From Chloroherpetonaceae bacterium (GTDB lineage: Bacteria; Bacteroidota; Chlorobiia; Chlorobiales; Thermochlorobacteraceae): DNA of 64,000 bases. The notes under the pieces were generated by a model. It did not search any database and was not told the origin of the DNA. It saw nothing but the letters and a program-made list of their open reading frames with translations. The position numbers were made by a program, and so were the translations under genes. Within the stretch, counting starts at the first letter, position 1, and each line of letters opens with the position of its first letter. Positions 59,627-64,000 of this stretch are shown here, one piece after another. The stretch is from assembly GCA_025055975.1 (NCBI GenBank), contig JANWWM010000084.1:309-64308 (forward strand), written 5' to 3'.

Positions 59627-59674
59627 ACTTTTTGGCTCGCTACGCGAGTCCGAACATTATCCATTTGAATCGCT

Positions 59675-61264
59675 ATGGAACTTTCGCTCGATTTGCAATC
59701 CATTCAAGAGGCGCGGACTCTTCTTTCTCGCGCCGCGCAAGCGCAACGGATTTACAAAGACTTTTCGCAAGAGCGGGTCGATAAAATCGTCAAGGCGATG
59801 GCGGAAGCGGGCTACGACGCGCGCGAACGCCTCGCCAAACTCGCCGTCGAAGAAACGGGCTTCGGCAAGTGGCAGGACAAGGTCAAGAAAAACATCGTCG
59901 GCACGAAGATGCTCTACGACTACATCAAGGATATGAAAACGTGCGGCATCGTCAACAAAACTCACGACGGAAAGGTATGGGAAATCGCCACGCCGATGGG
60001 CGTCGTGGCGGCTCTGATTCCGACGACGAACCCGACCTCGACGATGATGTATAAAGCCATCATCGCGCTCAAATCGCGCAACGCCATCGTCGCCTCGCCG
60101 CATCCGCGCGCCGTCCGATGCACCGTCGAAGCCGCCAAAGTCGTCGCCGACGCCGCCAAGAAAGCGGGCGCGCCCGACGACTTGGTTTTGTGCATGACGA
60201 AGCCCACGCTCGAAGGCACGTCGGAACTGATGCGTCACGAACTTACGAGCGTCATTCTCGCCACGGGCAGTTCCGCGATGGTTCGCGCCGCGTATTCGTC
60301 GGGAAAGCCGGCTTATGGCGTCGGACCTGGCAACGTGCCCGCCTTCATCGAGCGCAGCGCCAACATTCCAAAAGCCGTCGCCGACATTCTTTTCGGCAAA
60401 ACCTTCGACAACGGCACGCTTTGTTCGTCGGAGCAATCCATCGTTTGCGACTTGCCCATCAAGAACAAAGTCATCGAGGAGCTTAAAAAGCGCGGCGCGC
60501 ATTTCGTTACGATGGAAGAGAAGCAGAAACTTGAACGCTATATGTTCCCTCGCGGCTTGAATCCCGAAGTGGTCGGAATGCCTGCTACGTTCATCGCGGA
60601 GCGAGCGGGCTTTTCCGTGCCGCCGCAAACGACGGTTTTGGTCGTGGAACTCGGCGCGGTGGGCAAAAAGGAAATTCTCTCGGCGGAAAAACTTTCGCCC
60701 GTGCTCGGCTTCTATGTCGAAGACGGCTGGGAAGCGGGGTGCAAACGATGCATCGAGATTTTGGAGTTCGGCGGCATCGGGCACTCGCTCGCCCTTCACA
60801 CGCAAAACCCAATGGTCATTGAGCAATTCGCTCTTCACAAGCCCGCGTTTCGCATCTTGATTAACACGGTCGCCGCCGTCGGCGCGGTCGGATACACGAC
60901 GGCTCTTCCGCCCTCGATGACGCTCGGTCCAGGCACGATTGGCGGCTCGATTACCACCGACAACATCACGCCTTTGCACCTGCTCAACATCAAGCGCGTC
61001 GCCTTCGAGACGAATCCCGTCCACGACGCAAACGGCAATCCCATCGCCGAAACGGCGACGGAAGAGCCAAAACCCGTCGCGCCATCCGCGCCGAAAAGTT
61101 TTTCCGAAATCATTGAGGAGCGCATTCGCTTGAAGGCGGGCAATCCGCCCGTCGTCCCGACAAAAGCGCCGAAAGACGAGCAAGGCAAAGGCGCAACATC
61201 GAGCGTGATTGGCAAACTTTCCGACGAAGCGATCTCGGAACTCGTCAACCGATTCAAGAAGTGA
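59675..61264 (+). CDS. CoA-acylating aldehyde dehydrogenase (EutE/PduP-like) with C-terminal extension
   Basis: [30 protein letters not shown] (catalytic Cys), [24 protein letters not shown]. Confidence 0.92.
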   Translation: MELSLDLQSIQEARTLLSRAAQAQRIYKDFSQERVDKIVKAMAEAGYDARERLAKLAVEETGFGKWQDKVKKNIVGTKMLYDYIKDMKTCGIVNKTHDGKVWEIATPMGVVAALIPTTNPTSTMMYKAIIALKSRNAIVASPHPRAVRCTVEAAKVVADAAKKAGAPDDLVLCMTKPTLEGTSELMRHELTSVILATGSSAMVRAAYSSGKPAYGVGPGNVPAFIERSANIPKAVADILFGKTFDNGTLCSSEQSIVCDLPIKNKVIEELKKRGAHFVTMEEKQKLERYMFPRGLNPEVVGMPATFIAERAGFSVPPQTTVLVVELGAVGKKEILSAEKLSPVLGFYVEDGWEAGCKRCIEILEFGGIGHSLALHTQNPMVIEQFALHKPAFRILINTVAAVGAVGYTTALPPSMTLGPGTIGGSITTDNITPLHLLNIKRVAFETNPVHDANGNPIAETATEEPKPVAPSAPKSFSEIIEERIRLKAGNPPVVPTKAPKDEQGKGATSSVIGKLSDEAISELVNRFKK

Positions 61265-61392
61265 GCGCGCTGGATTGGCGCGAACGTCGGGCTACTCGCG
61301 GCTTGGCTTGACGAAACGATCGCAAGCGTTAAATTCGTCGCGTCAGCAAAACGCAAGGGAAATTTGCCCTAAACCGTCCTTGACGTTCAACG

Positions 61393-61923
61393 ATGAAACT
61401 TGCCATTAAGCTCATCTCGTCGCTCAACGAGCGCGTTGGCAAAGCCGTCTCGCTGTTGAATGTCGCTCTCGTTCTGCTCATCTGCGTCGATGTGGCGGCG
61501 CGTTACGCGGCAAAGCGTTCGAGCGCGGCGTTCTACGAGTTGGAGTGGCACTTGTTCTCGTTCATTTTCCTTTTGGGCGCGGGCTGGACGCTTCGCCATG
61601 ACAAGCATGTGCGCGTCGACATTCTTTACGCCAAAGCCTCGCCGAGACTTCAAGCGATTTTGGACATCGTCGGCACGTTGTTTTTGCTCTTTCCCTTTTG
61701 CGCCATTCTGCTTTCGACCTCGATTCCATATGCGCTCGTCGCGTTCGAGACGGGCGAAGGCTCGCCCGACGCGGGCGGCTTGCCGCATCGATGGGTCGTG
61801 AAATCGTCGATCGCGATTGGGACGGGGTTGCTTCTGTTGCAAGGCATAGCGACGCTTTTCGAGAAGATTCTCTTTCTGGCAACCGAAGCGAGCGGAAAGG
61901 AGCGCGCGGAACATGTCGCCTGA
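61393..61923 (+). CDS. dctQ: TRAP transporter small permease
   Basis: ELEWHLF...LLGAGWTL..DKHVRVD; 4 TMs. Confidence 0.9.
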   Translation: MKLAIKLISSLNERVGKAVSLLNVALVLLICVDVAARYAAKRSSAAFYELEWHLFSFIFLLGAGWTLRHDKHVRVDILYAKASPRLQAILDIVGTLFLLFPFCAILLSTSIPYALVAFETGEGSPDAGGLPHRWVVKSSIAIGTGLLLLQGIATLFEKILFLATEASGKERAEHVA

Positions 61924-63235
61924 ACTGATGGTCGCGCTTCTGTTTGCGAGTTTGATGGCGCTTCTCTTGCTCGGCTTTCCCGTCGCCTTCACGCTGGGCG
62001 GACTTTCCATCGCGTTTGGGTATTTCGCCTTCGGCGCGGAGTTTTTCAACCTGTTGCCGATGCGCGTCTTTGGCACGATGACGAACTATGTGCTCATCGC
62101 CGTTCCGCTTTTCGTGTTTATGGGAACGATGCTCGAAAAATCGGGCATCGCGGAACGCCTGCTCGATACGATGTCGCTTATGCTCGGTCGATTGAGAGGC
62201 GGGCTGGCGCTTTCGGTCATCATCGTGGGCGCGTTGCTTGGCGCGACGACGGGCGTGGTCGGCGCGACCGTAACGACGATGGGACTCATCACGCTCCCCA
62301 CGATGCTCAAACGCGGGTTCAGCAAAACGCTCTCGACGGGGACGATTGCCGCCGCGGGCACGTTGGGGCAACTCGTGCCGCCGAGCGTCGTGATGGTTTT
62401 GCTTGCCAGCGTGATGAACGTGTCGGTTGGCGATATGTTCGCCGCCGCCCTTGCGCCGAGCGCGATTTTGGTGCTGGCGTATCTGATTTACGTTTATGCC
62501 GTCGCGCTCTTCAAGCCCGAACACGCGCCGCCTATTGAGACCGAAGAGCTCGCGGATTTTTGGCGCGCGGGCGCGCTGGCGCGCATCGTTCGCGCCTTCG
62601 TTTTGCCCGGACTTTTGGTCATTGCCGTCTTGGGCTCGATTTACGCGGGCATTGCCACCCCGACCGAAGCCGCCGCCGTTGGCGCATTTGCCGCCACCTT
62701 GCTTACCGCCTTTGAAAGAAAACTCACCTGGGAAGTCTTGGTCGATGTCTGCAAGCAAACGACGTTTCTGACCTCGATGGTGTTCATCATCTTGGTTGGG
62801 GCGACGGCGTTTGGCTTGGTGTTCAGGGGCATCGGCGGCGACGACGTTCTAACGCGCCTTATCGAGCGCGCCAACTTAAGTCCGCAACTTTTTTTAGCCT
62901 TCGCGCTCGTTGGCATCTTCATTGCGGGAGCGTTTATCGATTTCATTGAAATCATTTTCATCTTCGTGCCCGTCATCGCGCCGCTTATGGCGAAATACGA
63001 CTTGAACTTGATTTGGGTCGGAATGCTCATCACGGTTTGCTTGCAAACGTCGTTTCTCACGCCGCCTTTTGGATTTACGCTGTTTTATCTCAAAGGCGTG
63101 TCGCCTCCCGAAATTGCGACGAGCGACATCTACAAAGGCGTTGCGCCGTTCATCGCTCTTCAGCTTTTGGTCGTCGCGCTTTTGCTTTTCTTTCCCGAAC
63201 TCGCGTTTCTCGTTCCGACAAGCGCTCGGCGTTGA
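61913..63235 (+). CDS. dctM: TRAP transporter large permease
   Basis: GFPVAFTLGG, AVPLFVFMG, GTLGQLVPPS, TPTEAAAVG, LTPPFG. Confidence 0.93.
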   Translation: MSPELMVALLFASLMALLLLGFPVAFTLGGLSIAFGYFAFGAEFFNLLPMRVFGTMTNYVLIAVPLFVFMGTMLEKSGIAERLLDTMSLMLGRLRGGLALSVIIVGALLGATTGVVGATVTTMGLITLPTMLKRGFSKTLSTGTIAAAGTLGQLVPPSVVMVLLASVMNVSVGDMFAAALAPSAILVLAYLIYVYAVALFKPEHAPPIETEELADFWRAGALARIVRAFVLPGLLVIAVLGSIYAGIATPTEAAAVGAFAATLLTAFERKLTWEVLVDVCKQTTFLTSMVFIILVGATAFGLVFRGIGGDDVLTRLIERANLSPQLFLAFALVGIFIAGAFIDFIEIIFIFVPVIAPLMAKYDLNLIWVGMLITVCLQTSFLTPPFGFTLFYLKGVSPPEIATSDIYKGVAPFIALQLLVVALLLFFPELAFLVPTSARR

Positions 63236-63242
63236 AAACGCT

Positions 63243-63905
63243 TCACCGCAAATACAAGCCCAGAGTCAGAAAGCCTTGCGAGTAGAAGCCGATTTTGGTT
63301 TGCGCGGGCGCGTCGACGACCGTTCCGCTCGAAAGCGAATTGGAAGCGGAACTTCTCTGAAAAACGGCGCGATATTCCGCCGCCAAGCTAACTTGTTCGA
63401 AGAGAAAGAACTCCGCTCCCGCGATTGCCGCTATGCCGAAGCCTGAACGCTTCGCCGAAACTTCAACGCCACCCTGTTTTCTTGAAAACGAGCCATTGCC
63501 GTAACCAACAAGCCCGCCGAAGTAGGGCGAGAGGCGTTTGTTGTGCAGGTGGGCTTCCGCGCCGATTTCAATTCCAACGCTCGTCGTGGTTTCGCTAAAC
63601 TCCGCAACGTTTCTCGATCGAGGTTGCGAAGCACTCTCGCGCGCGAAGGTCAAAGCGGCGCGCAGGGCGAGGTTTTCCGCCATGAAAAACTTTCCGCCAA
63701 CGCCGTTCATAACGATTACGCTCGCGCCGCTTGCGTCCTTTGGCGTTTCCACCGCGCCAAGTCCGCCCGTCGCCAAGTTGCCGAAACCGCTAAACTGAAA
63801 GAGCAGCGCCGCATCGTCGCGCTTCGTTTTGGCTGTGATGTCTTGCGCGTCGGCGCGAGAGACGAAAAAACCGACGGTAAAAAAAAGGATGCCAACAAGT
63901 TTCAT
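63243..63905 (-). CDS. Outer-membrane beta-barrel protein
   Basis: Signal peptide, SPYFGG, GAEFF...SLAAEY, C-terminal LGLYLR. Confidence 0.78.
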   Translation of the reverse strand: MKLVGILFFTVGFFVSRADAQDITAKTKRDDAALLFQFSGFGNLATGGLGAVETPKDASGASVIVMNGVGGKFFMAENLALRAALTFARESASQPRSRNVAEFSETTTSVGIEIGAEAHLHNKRLSPYFGGLVGYGNGSFSRKQGGVEVSAKRSGFGIAAIAGAEFFLFEQVSLAAEYRAVFQRSSASNSLSSGTVVDAPAQTKIGFYSQGFLTLGLYLR

Positions 63906-63929
63906 CGCGTTTTGATTTGGAGTTGAAAC

Positions 63930-63956
63930 AAAAAAGGGCGGAATGTTTCCGCCCTT
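63930..63956 (-). terminator. Intrinsic terminator
   Basis: aagggcggaa-tgt-ttccgccctt with U-tract on the minus strand, after a CDS entering from the right edge. Confidence 0.7.
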
Positions 63957-63977
63957 GAATTCGGAGACGCTATTTGC

Positions 63978-64000
63978 TTACTTCTTTTTCTTGCCGCCTT
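63978..64000 (-). CDS. 3' end of a gene entering from the right edge (...GGKKKK*)
   Basis: TAA at 63978-63980 followed by the terminator; too short to identify. Confidence 0.35.

Overview
A gene-dense, GC-rich (roughly 55-60% by eye) bacterial chromosome segment. Gene content and style suggest Chlorobiota, probably Chloroherpetonaceae/Thermochlorobacter-like (inference). It is mostly housekeeping and envelope genes (ssb, mnmA, hpt-ftsH, HU, hemB, nadD, bamD, lptB, pdxA, citrate synthase, hutI/hutG, crcB, TRAP transporter) plus tRNA-Phe and initiator tRNA-Met. No transposase, integrase, phage or CRISPR array was recognised. Highlights: (1) a compact gas vesicle cluster (gvpA, two helical GvpC-like/accessory genes, gvpN, gvpO, gvpJ, gvpV-like, gvpH/Hsp20) that lacks gvpF/L/G/K and is followed by an orphan AAA+ ATPase; (2) two unlinked genes, an acylating aldehyde dehydrogenase and an ACT protein, carrying apparent bacterial-microcompartment encapsulation peptides with no shell genes nearby; (3) three output-less tandem-receiver (REC-REC) regulators, one with a near-perfect sigma54 promoter; (4) a MoaD/ThiS-MoeB-rhodanese triple fusion with an internal GG; (5) a phytol-kinase/DUF92 fusion; (6) a dispersed REP-like repeat family and apparent strong GGCC avoidance. 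All calls come from reading motifs by eye; no database searches were run.
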